Shown piece by piece: positions 18,037-29,304 of a stretch of 64,000 bases of DNA; positions within the stretch are counted from its first letter, which is position 1, and every line of letters begins with the position of its first letter. A model generated the notes under the pieces. The model ran no database searches, was not told the origin of the DNA, and saw nothing but the letters and a program-made list of their open reading frames with translations. The position numbers and the translations under genes are program-made. This DNA is from Gemmatimonadota bacterium (lineage in GTDB: Bacteria; Gemmatimonadota; Gemmatimonadetes; Gemmatimonadales; Gemmatimonadaceae): NCBI GenBank assembly GCA_040389905.1, contig JAZJZK010000010.1, positions 38,510-102,509 on the forward strand. Reading direction: 5' to 3'.

Positions 18037-20680
18037 GTGCAGCGGCTAGGCGGGCGATCGGTACCCTGAAGGGAGAGCAAGACACGTAGTCGAGACCGAT
18101 GTCGTGGCAGAATCTGACACTACGCGGCTCACCACCATGTTCCCCGCAGATACCGACCTTGAGCTGCGGTCGCACGCTTCTTCCGGCGGCGACTGCCAGC
18201 TTAATAAGACGTCCAACCCCCGATTGGTCAAGGACTTGGAACGGGTCGTCTGGAAAAATCCCGCGATCGATGTACCCGGGCAGAAAACGCCCGGCGTCGT
18301 CGCGGCTGAGTCCGAAGGTCGTTTGCGTCAGATCGTTGGTGCCGAAGGAAAAGAATTCCGCGCTGCGAGCGATCTCGTCCGCAGTCAACGCGGCTCTCGG
18401 CAGCTCGATCATCGTACCGATGGTGTAGTCGAGATCCTCTCCCATCGCCCCGAGGACTTGCTGGGCCGAGCGCTTCAGGATAGCGCGTTGGTTGTCGAAT
18501 TCTCGAAAGTCGGCAACCAGGGGAATCATGATCTCAGGACGGACATCCACCCCTCTTCGTTTCGCACGGAGTGCCGCCTCGAAGATGGCGCGTCCCTGCA
18601 TTTCCGTTATTTCGGGAAACGTGATGCCGAGCCGGCACCCGCGGTGACCCAGCATGGGGTTCGTTTCCCTGAGTGACTCCACGACATGCGCGAGCTCCGC
18701 GCGACTCACGCCGAGCGTTCGCGCAAGCAGCTTGGATTCCTCGCCACCGTGCGGAAGGAACTCGTGCAGCGGTGGATCCAGGAGGCGGATGGTGACGGGA
18801 AGCCCGGCCATCGCCTCGAAGATTCCCTCGAAGTCGGTGCGCTGCATGGGCAGCAACTTGGTGAGCGCGCGACGCCTGCCGCCTTCGTCCTTCGCGACGA
18901 TCATCTCGCGCATCGCGGTGATGCGATCGCCTTCGAAGAACATATGCTCGGTGCGGCAGAGGCCGATTCCTTCGGCGCCGAACGCGCGAGCGATGCGCGC
19001 GTCGTGCGGTGTGTCAGCGTTGGCGCGCACGCGCAACGTGCGTACGTCGTCTGCCCACCCCATGAGGCGCTCGTACGACCGGTACGCAGGCGCGGTCCGC
19101 GGATGTCGCATGCCGCGCGTCACCTGCACGACCTCGCTCGGCGTTGTTGGGAGGTTTCCCTGATACACCGATCCCGTCGCGCCATCCAGCGTGAGCCAGT
19201 CGCCCTCGTTGACGGTGACGCCATGCATTGTGCATGCGCGGCGGTCATGATCGACGACCATGTCGCGACAGCCCACGACGGCGCATTTCCCCATGCCCCG
19301 TGCGACGACTGCGGCGTGGCTGGTCATGCCGCCACGAGCGGTGAGCACAGCGCGCGCGGCGACGATGCCGTGGAAATCCTCCGGCGTCGTTTCTTCGCGA
19401 ATGAGAATCACGGCATCACCTGCAGCGGCGCGCCGCTCGGCTTCGTCGGGATCGAAAACGGCGATGCCGCTCGCCGCGCCGGGACTGGCCGGTAAGCCCG
19501 TCGCGATGACCGTCGCCCGCACGGAGGGATCGATAACTGGATGCAGGAGTTGTTCGAGCTGGTCAGCGGGTACGCGAAGTACCGCCTCGCGCTGGCCGAT
19601 CAGTCCTTCCTCCACCATCTCCGTGGCAATGCGCACGGCTGCGGCCGCTGTGCGTTTGCCGGATCGGGTTTGCAGGAGGTAGAGCTTCCCGCGTTCGACG
19701 GTGAACTCGATGTCCTGCATGTCGCCGTAGTGCCGCTCGAGCTGGTCCTGCGTCTCGAGGAGCGCGTGATAGGCGACGGGGAGCTGCTCAGCCATGGTGT
19801 CGATGGTCAGCGGCGTGCGAATGCCGGCGACGACGTCTTCACCCTGGGCGTTGATCAAAAACTCGCCGTAGAACTTCCGTTCCCCGGTGCTCGGGTTGCG
19901 GGTGAACGCGACGCCCGTGCCCGAGTCGTCTCCGAGGTTGCCGAACACCATACTGACGACGTTGACGCCAGTGCCAAGATCATCGGCGATATTGGCGTGT
20001 CGGCGATAGTCGACGGCCTTCTTCAGGGTCCACGACTTCCACACGGCTTCGATGGCACCCCAGAGCTGCTCGACGGGCTGCATCGGGAAGGCACGCGCGG
20101 TCGTCGAGCGCACGAGCGATTTGTATTCCTCGACGAGATTGCGGAGTGTCTCCTCACTCAGTTCCGAATCGCTCTCGACGCCGGCGGTCATCCGCTTCGA
20201 CGCGAGGAGGTGCTCGAACTTGTGATGCGGTACGCCGAGGACGACGTCGCCGTACATCTGGATGAACCGGCGATACGAGTCGTAGGCGAAGCGCGCGTTC
20301 CCGCTCGCCTTGGCAAGGCCCGAGACCGTTCGGTCGTTGAGGCCAAGGTTGAGGATGGTCTCCATCATGCCGGGCATCGACACCGGCGCGCCGCTCCGCA
20401 CCGACACCAAGAGGGGCATGGCCGGATCGCCGAACTTCTTGCCGCTGATTTCTTCGAGCCGGGCGAGATTCTGCTCGACGTCGTGCTTGAGCTGGTCGGG
20501 GATTGCTCCGTCTTTCAGGTACGCGATGCAGACGTCGCACGCGATCGTGAACCCGGGAGGCACCGGCACGCCGAGGTTGGTCATCTCGGCGAGGTTTGCA
20601 CCTTTGCCGCCAAGAATGGCCTTCATGTCCTTGGTGCCTTCGGCGGTGCCGTTCCCGAAGAAGTAGACGGAGCTCGTCAT
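18008..20680 (-). CDS. ppdK: pyruvate, phosphate dikinase
   Basis: LGGKGANLAEM, SVRSGA, GGMTSHAAVVAR, GIGLCRTEHMF, GICGEHGG. Confidence 0.98.
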   Translation of the reverse strand: MTSSVYFFGNGTAEGTKDMKAILGGKGANLAEMTNLGVPVPPGFTIACDVCIAYLKDGAIPDQLKHDVEQNLARLEEISGKKFGDPAMPLLVSVRSGAPVSMPGMMETILNLGLNDRTVSGLAKASGNARFAYDSYRRFIQMYGDVVLGVPHHKFEHLLASKRMTAGVESDSELSEETLRNLVEEYKSLVRSTTARAFPMQPVEQLWGAIEAVWKSWTLKKAVDYRRHANIADDLGTGVNVVSMVFGNLGDDSGTGVAFTRNPSTGERKFYGEFLINAQGEDVVAGIRTPLTIDTMAEQLPVAYHALLETQDQLERHYGDMQDIEFTVERGKLYLLQTRSGKRTAAAAVRIATEMVEEGLIGQREAVLRVPADQLEQLLHPVIDPSVRATVIATGLPASPGAASGIAVFDPDEAERRAAAGDAVILIREETTPEDFHGIVAARAVLTARGGMTSHAAVVARGMGKCAVVGCRDMVVDHDRRACTMHGVTVNEGDWLTLDGATGSVYQGNLPTTPSEVVQVTRGMRHPRTAPAYRSYERLMGWADDVRTLRVRANADTPHDARIARAFGAEGIGLCRTEHMFFEGDRITAMREMIVAKDEGGRRRALTKLLPMQRTDFEGIFEAMAGLPVTIRLLDPPLHEFLPHGGEESKLLARTLGVSRAELAHVVESLRETNPMLGHRGCRLGITFPEITEMQGRAIFEAALRAKRRGVDVRPEIMIPLVADFREFDNQRAILKRSAQQVLGAMGEDLDYTIGTMIELPRAALTADEIARSAEFFSFGTNDLTQTTFGLSRDDAGRFLPGYIDRGIFPDDPFQVLDQSGVGRLIKLAVAAGRSVRPQLKVGICGEHGGEPRSVRFCHDIGLDYVSCSPFRVPIARLAAAHAALEPTVQ

Positions 20681-20700
20681 TTGTCTTTGCAAGAGCCTTA

Positions 20701-20795
20701 ACCACAGAGGACACAGAGGTCACAGAGAACAGCGCGGCTCCGGCGCACCGGACGCTTACGACGAATTCCTCTGTGACCTCTATGTCCTCTGTGGT
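20701..20795. repeat. REP-like palindrome with 27-bp arms of three 9-nt units
   Basis: ACCACAGAG GACACAGAG GTCACAGAG ... CTCTGTGAC CTCTATGTC CTCTGTGGT, one mismatch. Confidence 0.9.
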
Positions 20796-20819
20796 AAAAA
20801 CGGCCGGCCGAAATGATGC

Positions 20820-22196
20820 CTAGCAGCCGCACCCGTATCGCAGCTTGTCGGGATCCGTTGGCGGCGGCGTCGGATAGTCCCCGGAGAAGCATGCATGACA
20901 GAAGCCACCGGGCCCGCCAGGTACCGAGCCGAGCATTCCGTCGAGCGTGAGGTAGCCGAGCGTATCCACGCCGAGCGACGCACGCATTTCCTCGAGCGTA
21001 TTGTTCGCCGCGATCAGTTCGTCTCGGCTTGGCGTATCGATGCCGTAGTAGCACGGCCCCGTGACTGGCGCCGAGCTCACGCGCATGTGGACCTCGAGCG
21101 CACCGGCGGCCCGCACCAGTGTCACGAGTCCACGCGTGGTTGTACCGCGCACGATGGAGTCGTCCACCATGACCACGCGCTTGCCTTGAATGATCTCACG
21201 CACGGCATTGTACTTGAGCCGTACCTTCGCGTCACGCGTTTCCTGGGTCGGCTGAATGAAGGTGCGGCCGACGTAGTGATTTCGAATGAGGGCGGGTTCG
21301 TAGCGAATGCCACTTGCCTCGGCGTAACCAATTGCTGCCGAATTGGAGGAATCGGGAACGCTGAACACGAGGTCGGCGTTTGGCGCGGGGCATTCGAGCG
21401 CGAGCCGGCGCCCAAGGGCGCGCCGCGCACGATCGACCGAGCCGCCGAAGATCTGGCTGTCTGGGCGCGCGAAATACACATGCTCGAACACGCACCGCTT
21501 GAGCTCCTTCTTCTCGAACGGGAAGATGGAACGCTCGCCCGACGCATCGACGGCGAAGATCTCACCCGGTTCGATGTCGCGTTCGTACGTCGCGCCGACA
21601 ATATCGAGTGCACAGGTCTCGGACGCGAAGATCGGCGCGCCGTTGAGGCGGCCGAGTGCCAGCGGACGCCACCCACGCGGATCGCGCGCGGCGATCAGCG
21701 TGTCACCGAGCCCGATGAGGAGGCTGTACGCGCCCTCGACGCCACGAAGTGCGTCAGCGACACGATCCTCTGGTTTCTCGGCGGTTGACCGGGCGAGCCG
21801 ATGCACGATGACCTCAGAGTCCATCGACGAATTGAAGATGGAACCCAGCTCTTCGAGGTCGACGCGCAGTTCGCCCGCGTTGGTGAGGTTGCCGTTGTGT
21901 GCGAGTGAGATGTTGCCGCCACGCGAGCTGACCAACACCGGTTGCGCGTTCTCGATCGTGCTGGAGCCAGCGGTACTATACCGCGTGTGGCCGATCGCCA
22001 TCGTCCCGTGCAAGGCGTCGAGCTGTGCCGGCGGCATGTCGCCGAGCAACCCCATGCTGCGAACGCCGCGCGCCGATCCGTTGTCCATCGCGACGATTCC
22101 GGCCGATTCCTGCCCACGGTGCTGGAGCGAATAGAGGCCGAGCTTCGTCAGCGCGACTGCATCATTGTGACCGCGAACGCCAAAGACTCCACACAT
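20820..22196 (-). CDS. purF: amidophosphoribosyltransferase
   Basis: MCGVFG, LQHRGQESAG, GHTRYSTAG, VDDSIVRGTT. Confidence 0.98.
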   Translation of the reverse strand: MCGVFGVRGHNDAVALTKLGLYSLQHRGQESAGIVAMDNGSARGVRSMGLLGDMPPAQLDALHGTMAIGHTRYSTAGSSTIENAQPVLVSSRGGNISLAHNGNLTNAGELRVDLEELGSIFNSSMDSEVIVHRLARSTAEKPEDRVADALRGVEGAYSLLIGLGDTLIAARDPRGWRPLALGRLNGAPIFASETCALDIVGATYERDIEPGEIFAVDASGERSIFPFEKKELKRCVFEHVYFARPDSQIFGGSVDRARRALGRRLALECPAPNADLVFSVPDSSNSAAIGYAEASGIRYEPALIRNHYVGRTFIQPTQETRDAKVRLKYNAVREIIQGKRVVMVDDSIVRGTTTRGLVTLVRAAGALEVHMRVSSAPVTGPCYYGIDTPSRDELIAANNTLEEMRASLGVDTLGYLTLDGMLGSVPGGPGGFCHACFSGDYPTPPPTDPDKLRYGCGC

Positions 22197-22200
22197 GAGA

Positions 22201-24501
22201 TCAGACCACCGAGTCGGAGGCGAGCGCAACGTCCTGCGCCGATGCGCTGCGTTGCATGATACGCGGAATCGCTTCGTGGTAGGCGTCAGCGAGGCTCGCG
22301 ACGCTCGCCACGAAGGTATCAGGGCCAATGCGGATCGAGAGCGAATTGCGGCCGCACTCGACGGTGCCGATCGCCGCCGCGGGAACACCGTGTCGCTTCG
22401 CCGTGGCCAGCACGGCTGCAGGATCCGGCGTGCTGACAACCACACGCGCCTGCGCCTCGCCGAACAGCAACGCTCGGCGCGAGAGGGTCGACCACTTCGA
22501 GAGATCGACTGCCGCGCCGGTCGTCTGCGCACGATCCATCATGACACACTCCGCAAGGGCCACAGCCAAACCGCCATCCGCGCAATCGTGTGCAGAGCGC
22601 ACGGCGCCCTCACGGATCGATTCCAGCAGTGCGGCAATGAGCGCTCGCTCGGCATCAAGGTCACACTTTGGCGGACGGCCAGCCACCGCGCCGTGGATGC
22701 GTTGGAGATACTCACTTCCGCCGATCTCGGCGGTGTTTTCGCCCAACAAGACGATGGTGTCGCCGTCCGTGGAAAATGCCGATCGCGTTACGTGCGCGAG
22801 CGAGTCCACGAGGCCGACCATGCCGACGACCGGTGTAGGATAGACCGCGCCGGTTGGATTCTCGTTGTACAACGACACGTTGCCACCGGTGACTGGCGTG
22901 CCCAATGCCACGCACGCTTCACCCATCCCGGCGACCGCTTCCTTCAACTGGTAGTACACCTCGGGCCGTTTCGGATTCCCGAAGTTGAGGTTGTTCGTGA
23001 TCGCCATCGGACGTCCACCGGCGCACGCGACATTCCGCGCCGCCTCGGCGACGGCGATGCGTGCACCTTCGCGCGGATCAAGATAGGCGTAGCGTCCGTT
23101 GCAATCGGTTTTCAGCGCGATGGCGCGATCGGTGCCGCGAATGCGAATCACGGCCGCGTCGCCGCCCGGTCCAACGACCGTGCTCGTGCGAACCGTGTGA
23201 TCGTACTGCTGAAAAACCCATCGCTTGCTCGCAATGGTCGGAGACCTGAGCAGCTCTTCCAGCGTCCACAGGGGATCGGACTCCTCCGGCCGCTCCGCGA
23301 TCAGGTCGACGTTTTCCTCGCGGCGCCGCCGGATGTCGTCGCTCTCGCGTGCTTCGGGCTCGTACATCGGGCAATCTGTCACGAGGCGGATGCCGGGGAA
23401 CTCCGCAACGACGCGATCACCTTCCATGACGCGATACACGGGCTCCGCGATGACCTCGCCGATGACTGCAGCGGTGAGATCCCACTTTTCGAGAATCGCG
23501 CGCACGTGATCCTCATGGCCCACCTTCGCGACGACGAGCATGCGTTCCTGCGATTCGCTCAGCAGCAACTCATAGGGCGTCATTCCTTCTTCACGCGCCG
23601 GCACCTTGAGCGTATCGATGACGACGCCAACGTCGCCGCGAGCGGCCATCTCGGCCGAGGACGAAACGAGTCCGGCGGCTCCCATGTCCTGGATCGCGAC
23701 GATGTGCCCACTGCGAATCAACTCGAGGCTCGCCTCGAGGAGCAGCTTCTCGGTGAACGGGTCGCCGACCTGCACCCGCGGACGTTTGGCATCGCTCGCT
23801 TCCGACAGGTCTTCCGATGCGAACGACGCACCGTGAATGCCGTCGCGGCCGGTGCGCGCACCGACCGCGATGATTGGGTTTCCCACACCCTGCGCGACCG
23901 CCAACATCAGCTCTTCTTCCTTGAGCAAGCCGACACACATCGCGTTGACGAGCGGATTACCCTCATATGCGGGATCGAACACGACCTCGCCGGCGACCGT
24001 GGGGATGCCGACGCAGTTGCCGTAGTCGCCGATGCCCTTCACGCAGCCGGCAAACAGGTAGCGCACGCGCGCAGAATCCAGCGAACCAAAGCGCAGCGAA
24101 TTGAGCAGCGCGATGGGGCGCGCACCCATCGTGAACACGTCGCGCAGAATTCCACCGACACCGGTGGCGGCTCCCTGATACGGCTCGACGGCGGAGGGAT
24201 GATTGTGCGACTCGATCTTGAACGCGACGGCGAGGCCGTCGCCGATGGCGATGACACCGGCATTCTCGCCGGGCCCCTGCAGCACGTAGGCGGCCTTGGT
24301 CGGCAGCGTCTTGAGCAATGGACGCGAATGCTTGTACGAGCAGTGCTCGCTCCACAACGCGCTGACGATGCCGAGTTCGGTAAAGGTCGGTTCGCGCTCG
24401 AGCATGGCGACGAGACGAGCATACTCGCCGGTGGTGAGCCCATGCTCAGCGATCAGGGCAGGGGTAATGGCGGGATCACCCGGTCGCGCTATGACGGTCA
24501 C
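22201..24501 (-). CDS. purL: FGAM synthase subunit PurL
   Basis: [41 protein letters not shown]. Confidence 0.98.
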   Translation of the reverse strand: MTVIARPGDPAITPALIAEHGLTTGEYARLVAMLEREPTFTELGIVSALWSEHCSYKHSRPLLKTLPTKAAYVLQGPGENAGVIAIGDGLAVAFKIESHNHPSAVEPYQGAATGVGGILRDVFTMGARPIALLNSLRFGSLDSARVRYLFAGCVKGIGDYGNCVGIPTVAGEVVFDPAYEGNPLVNAMCVGLLKEEELMLAVAQGVGNPIIAVGARTGRDGIHGASFASEDLSEASDAKRPRVQVGDPFTEKLLLEASLELIRSGHIVAIQDMGAAGLVSSSAEMAARGDVGVVIDTLKVPAREEGMTPYELLLSESQERMLVVAKVGHEDHVRAILEKWDLTAAVIGEVIAEPVYRVMEGDRVVAEFPGIRLVTDCPMYEPEARESDDIRRRREENVDLIAERPEESDPLWTLEELLRSPTIASKRWVFQQYDHTVRTSTVVGPGGDAAVIRIRGTDRAIALKTDCNGRYAYLDPREGARIAVAEAARNVACAGGRPMAITNNLNFGNPKRPEVYYQLKEAVAGMGEACVALGTPVTGGNVSLYNENPTGAVYPTPVVGMVGLVDSLAHVTRSAFSTDGDTIVLLGENTAEIGGSEYLQRIHGAVAGRPPKCDLDAERALIAALLESIREGAVRSAHDCADGGLAVALAECVMMDRAQTTGAAVDLSKWSTLSRRALLFGEAQARVVVSTPDPAAVLATAKRHGVPAAAIGTVECGRNSLSIRIGPDTFVASVASLADAYHEAIPRIMQRSASAQDVALASDSVV

Positions 24502-25286
24502 GGAGTCTTTGGTGCGGGCTTTGAGGAAGCGGGCTTGGCATCCGTTTTCGGCGGAACCTTCGCTTGTGGATTCGCCGCGGGCGGAGCCTTCGCATCGACC
24601 TTTGGCGGCGGAGTCTTGGCGTCGGCCCTTGCCGGCGTCTTGGTTTCAGCTTTCGGCGGGGCCTTCGCGTCGGCCTTTGGTGCGACCTTGGGCTCGACCT
24701 TAGGAGGTACCTTCGCGTCGGCTTTTGGTGGTGTCTTTGCTTCAGCTTTCGGCGGAGTCTTTACGTCGGCCTTTGCAGGCGCCTTGCTCTCAGCCTTGGC
24801 AGTGGGCTTTGCGGCTGGCGGTGCTGCCACTAATGGACTTTTTGTCGGAATCGACGGCCGAACATCGTTCGCGGGCGCCGGTTTCATGCGTGGCTTTGCC
24901 GGCGCCGGGTCCTGGATGAGGGCACCGGCGCCGCCAGCGCCGATCTTCCGTGCCTCGTCTGATGGAATGGGTGCGGGCGAACTGCTCTTGCCGGTGTACT
25001 TCCGCGACGGGGAGCGAAAGATGGCGTCGACGACGCTGTCCCCCTTGAGGACGACGAGGTCGTTGATGCCGCAGGTCCTGGCGCAATCGTTCTGGTAGAA
25101 AACGTACGTGTAGCCGCTTGCCTCGCGGTACGTGATCGGCTCGCCCAGGGCGGAGATCACCTGTGCGCGCGTCATTCCAGGCGACACCGTTCCGGCCATC
25201 GGCGGCTGTTGCGCCCCCGCCGGTGCAGATGGAACCGCGAGTGCGGCGACGACTGCGACAAGGATGCCTCGAAGTACAGGGCGCAT
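24498..25286 (-). CDS. exported protein, small SmpA/BamE-like domain plus Pro/Lys/Ala repeat tail
   Basis: GGAGAGG SD, signal peptide, [15 protein letters not shown], about 9 imperfect 8-aa KADAKxPP repeats. Confidence 0.7.
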   Translation of the reverse strand: MRPVLRGILVAVVAALAVPSAPAGAQQPPMAGTVSPGMTRAQVISALGEPITYREASGYTYVFYQNDCARTCGINDLVVLKGDSVVDAIFRSPSRKYTGKSSSPAPIPSDEARKIGAGGAGALIQDPAPAKPRMKPAPANDVRPSIPTKSPLVAAPPAAKPTAKAESKAPAKADVKTPPKAEAKTPPKADAKVPPKVEPKVAPKADAKAPPKAETKTPARADAKTPPPKVDAKAPPAANPQAKVPPKTDAKPASSKPAPKTP

Positions 25287-25300
25287 AGATGACCTCTCCG

Positions 25301-25993
25301 TCAAGCTGTGACGCGATGAAGGATGGATTCGAACAACGGCAGCCCGTCCGCCGGACCGAGCAGCGCGTCGACGGCGCGCTCGGGGTGCGGCATCATGCCG
25401 AGCACGTTGCCCCGCTCATTGATGATACCCGCGATGTCACGCATCGAACCGTTCGGGTTGTACGACTCGGCGGCCTCGAGTGCCGTCGGCGCGTAGCGGA
25501 ACACGACCTGACCGTTGGCCTCGAGTGCATCGAGCGTCTGGTCATCGGCGCTGTAGCGTCCGTCGCCGTGGGCGATGGGCAGCCTGATCAACTGCCCCGA
25601 CTCATAGCTCGACGTGAACAACGTGTGGGCGTTCTCGACGCGGAGCGACACGGGTGCGCAGACGAACTTCAGTGACGCGTTGCGCAGCAGTGCCCCCGGC
25701 AAGAGACCGGCCTCACACGCGATCTGGAACCCGTTGCAGAAGCCAACGACAGGCCCTCCACGGTTCGCATGTGCGACGACCTCGCGCATGATCGGACTGA
25801 AGCGAGCGATGGCGCCGGCACGCAGGTAGTCGCCGTAGCTGAACCCGCCCGGGAGAATCACGACGTCGACGTTCTGGAGGTCATGATCCTTGTGCCACAA
25901 GTAGACCGCCTGCTCGCCCAGCGCCTCGATGGGCGCACGGAAGGAATCGTAGTCGCCGTTCGAACCGGGGAAGGTGACGACGCCGAACTTCAT
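25301..25993 (-). CDS. purQ: FGAM synthase glutaminase subunit
   Basis: [29 protein letters not shown]. Confidence 0.97.
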   Translation of the reverse strand: MKFGVVTFPGSNGDYDSFRAPIEALGEQAVYLWHKDHDLQNVDVVILPGGFSYGDYLRAGAIARFSPIMREVVAHANRGGPVVGFCNGFQIACEAGLLPGALLRNASLKFVCAPVSLRVENAHTLFTSSYESGQLIRLPIAHGDGRYSADDQTLDALEANGQVVFRYAPTALEAAESYNPNGSMRDIAGIINERGNVLGMMPHPERAVDALLGPADGLPLFESILHRVTA

Positions 25994-26247
25994 ATGCGCG
26001 TCACCGACGCGATCTCGAAGTCCTCGGTGACCGGATTCGCGAGGAGCTGCGCACACATCCGTGTCGTATCGTTTCTGGCCGCGTCCTCATCCGCCGCGTC
26101 GATCTCGAGCACGAGATGCCGGCCGACGTGGACGCTGGCCACACCACCGAACCCCAGTGTGTGGAGGGCGTCTGCAACGGCTTTGCCTTGCGGGTCGAGC
26201 AAGCCCTTCCGCGGCACGACTTCAATGGCGACACGATATCGAGTCAT
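25990..26247 (-). CDS. purS: FGAM synthase subunit PurS
   Basis: [15 protein letters not shown]. Confidence 0.95.
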   Translation of the reverse strand: MTRYRVAIEVVPRKGLLDPQGKAVADALHTLGFGGVASVHVGRHLVLEIDAADEDAARNDTTRMCAQLLANPVTEDFEIASVTRI

Positions 26248-27713
26248 TCGAGCGTTTCCGTAATCGGAGCTGGTGGTGGAGTTGGTGGCGGCGTAGGAGC
26301 GACAGGTGCCGAGTACGGGGAGTGCGAGTCGGAGTCATCCGGACCATCGTCGCGCCCGTCATCGCGCCCGTCGTCCTCACCGCCGTCCTGCTGAGGATCC
26401 GCGGCATCGGTTGCGCCGGGCACGCCCGGACCGCGTTCCTTCCGTTCTCCGCGCCGGCGGCGGCGCTTGCGCTTGCGGGCGGGCGGGGCGCCGTCGACGG
26501 GTGGCGCACCAGTCGCGGTGCCCGCTTCACCTGGCAAAACACCAATCAGTTCTTCGGTGTCGCCGGTTTCGGCTGCGTGCACCGGGACGGCGGCCACGGG
26601 AACCGAGCCCACAACGGGCGGCGCGGGGGCGGTGTCCGACTGGGCCGGACGGGGCGGACGATCGGGGCGAGCCGCTCGCTTGTCGCGCTTCTCACGCTTT
26701 TCACGACGCGCAGCCCGCTCCGCCTCGGTACGCTGCGGGCGCTCGCCACGGTCGGGCCGGTCTGGGCGTGGCGGACGCTCCTCGGTGCGGGGCGGCCTTT
26801 CGCCTAGATCGCCGCGTGGGCGCTGCGGCCTCTGCCGATCTTCGCGCGGTGGACGTGCGTCACGAACTGCGGGCCGCGGCACCGCCAGTCCGATCGACGC
26901 GAAGTCGTGCTCGTCCTCCTCCTCGTCGTCTTCGCCTTCGGAGAGGTCGTAGGGAATGGTGGGTTGGCGACGCTCGAACAGCCGTGAGAACAGCGAGCGG
27001 ATCAATCCCCAGGCGACGTACGCGAGGGTCAGCGGGAAGAAGTACTCGAGCCGCTTCGTGGCCAGCAGTGCGATCGAACCGAAAATCAAGATGCTGGCAC
27101 CCAGCGCCCGAATGTTGCGCACTCCGGTGCGCGGCAACGTCGGGTACGGGATGTTGCTGATCATCAAGCCGGCAAGGCCGACCATGAGGAAACGCAGCAT
27201 CTCCTGCCACGGCAGGTTGCCGATTGCGCCGTAGCTGTACAGCCACGATTGGCTGAACCAGTAGTAGGATGCCAGCGTACAACCGGCGGCCGGGCTGGGG
27301 AGCCCCTGAAAGTACGTCTTTGCTGTTCCTGCCTGCTCGATGTTGAATCGCGCAAGTCGCATGACGGCGCACGCGACGAATGCGAAAACGACCACCCAAT
27401 CCCAGTTATCCTTGTTGAGGACGGAGAAGTACATGATCATCGCCGGCGCGAGTCCGAACGAGATCGCGTCAACGAGTGAGTCGAGTTCCTCCCCGAACTG
27501 CGTTCCGGCATTTGCGGCGCGTGCGACGCGGCCGTCGAAAACGTCGAAGATTCCGCCGATCAGTACATAGATCCCGGCCTGGCGAAAATCGCCGCGCGAC
27601 GCCGTGATGATGGCGAAGACGCCGAAGAAAAGATTCGTCAGCGTCAGTCCGCTGGGGAACAGCACTACCGCTCGGCGCATGGTCGGGCGCGAGCGAACGC
27701 GGGGTGCGGTCAT
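26244..27713 (-). CDS. pssA: phosphatidylserine synthase with long disordered C-terminal tail
   Basis: DVFDGRVAR, GEELDSLVDAISFG, RLARFN, FQGLPSP; adjacent to psd. Confidence 0.92.
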   Translation of the reverse strand: MTAPRVRSRPTMRRAVVLFPSGLTLTNLFFGVFAIITASRGDFRQAGIYVLIGGIFDVFDGRVARAANAGTQFGEELDSLVDAISFGLAPAMIMYFSVLNKDNWDWVVVFAFVACAVMRLARFNIEQAGTAKTYFQGLPSPAAGCTLASYYWFSQSWLYSYGAIGNLPWQEMLRFLMVGLAGLMISNIPYPTLPRTGVRNIRALGASILIFGSIALLATKRLEYFFPLTLAYVAWGLIRSLFSRLFERRQPTIPYDLSEGEDDEEEDEHDFASIGLAVPRPAVRDARPPREDRQRPQRPRGDLGERPPRTEERPPRPDRPDRGERPQRTEAERAARREKREKRDKRAARPDRPPRPAQSDTAPAPPVVGSVPVAAVPVHAAETGDTEELIGVLPGEAGTATGAPPVDGAPPARKRKRRRRRGERKERGPGVPGATDAADPQQDGGEDDGRDDGRDDGPDDSDSHSPYSAPVAPTPPPTPPPAPITETLE

Positions 27714-28363
27714 GGGTGCGCGAGCTCCCCGATGACCGAGGTGCCGGCCGTGGTGTAATCGCCGATCTTCGCCAGCACGACGGCATCCATGGGAAGGAAG
27801 ACGTCGACGCGCGAGCCGAACCGGATGAGTCCCATGCGCTCGCCCTGGATCGCTTGCGCGCCCACCTTGCTGTAGGTCACGATGCGCCGCGCGATGAGTC
27901 CCGCGATCTGGCGCATCATCACGCGGCCACGCATGCTTTCGATTCCAACGGACGCGTGCTCGTTCTCCACACTGGACTTCTCATCGTGCGCATTGAGAAA
28001 CTTTCCCGGGCTGTATTGCACGTAGCGAATGGTGCCGCTCACCGGATACCGATTGACGTGCACGTTGAAGACGTTCATGAAGATGGAGATGCGGTGCGCC
28101 TTGCCACCCATGAACGCCGGCTCGTCGACGTCCTGTATCAGCACGACCTTGCCGTCGGCAGGCGCGATGACCACGTGCTCTCCGCGCGAGCCACTTCGCT
28201 CCGGGTCGCGGAAAAAGTATGCGACCCACAATGCGATGATCGTGAGCAGGAACGCCAGTAACCAGAGGGGCCATGAACGGCGGTTGAGCGCGAGCGCAAA
28301 CGTGCCGGCCGCAATCAAGGCGGCGATGGCGATGAAGACGAGTCCTTCGCGGGCGAAGCTCAC
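27710..28363 (-). CDS. psd: phosphatidylserine decarboxylase proenzyme
   Basis: FFRDPER, APADG, NVHVNR, RFGSRVD. Confidence 0.95.
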   Translation of the reverse strand: MSFAREGLVFIAIAALIAAGTFALALNRRSWPLWLLAFLLTIIALWVAYFFRDPERSGSRGEHVVIAPADGKVVLIQDVDEPAFMGGKAHRISIFMNVFNVHVNRYPVSGTIRYVQYSPGKFLNAHDEKSSVENEHASVGIESMRGRVMMRQIAGLIARRIVTYSKVGAQAIQGERMGLIRFGSRVDVFLPMDAVVLAKIGDYTTAGTSVIGELAHP

Positions 28364-29304
28364 TGAAGTCGGGTCAGGAGGGCGGAGAGGTCGAGTGGCG
28401 CTCCGGTAATGCGCTGGAAGGCGTCGAGATACCGCTCGCTCGTCGCGGCTACCACGGACTCGGGCAGCGGCGGAGGGGGCGCATCGCCATTCCAGCGGCC
28501 GGCGCGCCGCTCTGAATCCAGATAGTCACGCAACGGCTGCTTGTCGAAGCTCGGCTGCGCACCACCCGGTGCGTAGCGGTCGGCGGGCCAGAAGCGCGAA
28601 CTGTCCGGGGTGAGTACTTCATCGATGAGCCGGATCGTCCCATCAGGATCGCGGCCAAATTCGAACTTCGTGTCGGCAATGATGATTCCGCGCGACGCCG
28701 CGATGTCACGGCCGCGCTGGTACACCTGGAGACTGGCGTCTTCGAGACGAGCCGCGACAGCATCGCCAAGGATGCGGTGCATCTCGCTGACCGGAATGTT
28801 TTCGTCGTGACCGGTTTCCGCCTTGGTTGCGGGCGAAAAGCGCGGAGGGTCGAAGCGATCACTCTCACGAAGACCGGTTGCAAGGGTTTCACCCGCCAGC
28901 GTTCCGGACGCGCGATACTCCTTCCACGCGGAGCCACTCAGGTACCCGCGAACCACACATTCGACTGGAAAGACCTCGGTACGCCGGCAGAGCATCGCTC
29001 GCCCGGCGATGGCTTCGCGATGTTCAGCGAGGGCGGGGACCGTCGCGATGATCGCATCGGCATCGGACGCGAGCATGTGATGTGGAATGATTCCGTCGAG
29101 TTGACCCAACCACCACGCCGTCATCTGCGTCAGCACGATTCCCTTGTATGGAACGCGCTCCGCCATGATGACGTCGAATGCGCTCACCCGATCGCTCGCG
29201 ACGAGCAGGAGGCGTTCGGCATCGACCTCGTACACCTCGCGCACTTTCCCACTGCGCAGTAGCGGGAGGGGAAGGGCTGCCTGACCGACCGCGGCGGAGG
29301 TCAT
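28360..29304 (-). CDS. purC: SAICAR synthase
   Basis: [33 protein letters not shown]. Confidence 0.97.
   Translation of the reverse strand: MTSAAVGQAALPLPLLRSGKVREVYEVDAERLLLVASDRVSAFDVIMAERVPYKGIVLTQMTAWWLGQLDGIIPHHMLASDADAIIATVPALAEHREAIAGRAMLCRRTEVFPVECVVRGYLSGSAWKEYRASGTLAGETLATGLRESDRFDPPRFSPATKAETGHDENIPVSEMHRILGDAVAARLEDASLQVYQRGRDIAASRGIIIADTKFEFGRDPDGTIRLIDEVLTPDSSRFWPADRYAPGGAQPSFDKQPLRDYLDSERRAGRWNGDAPPPPLPESVVAATSERYLDAFQRITGAPLDLSALLTRLQ

Noticed and set aside
24510..24830. Tandem repeats as a possible CRISPR array
   Set aside because: In-frame 24-nt coding repeats with no unique spacers and no cas genes
22195..25098. 967-aa plus-strand ORF
   Set aside because: Antisense shadow of purL and the repeat protein; typical of high-GC codon bias, no motifs
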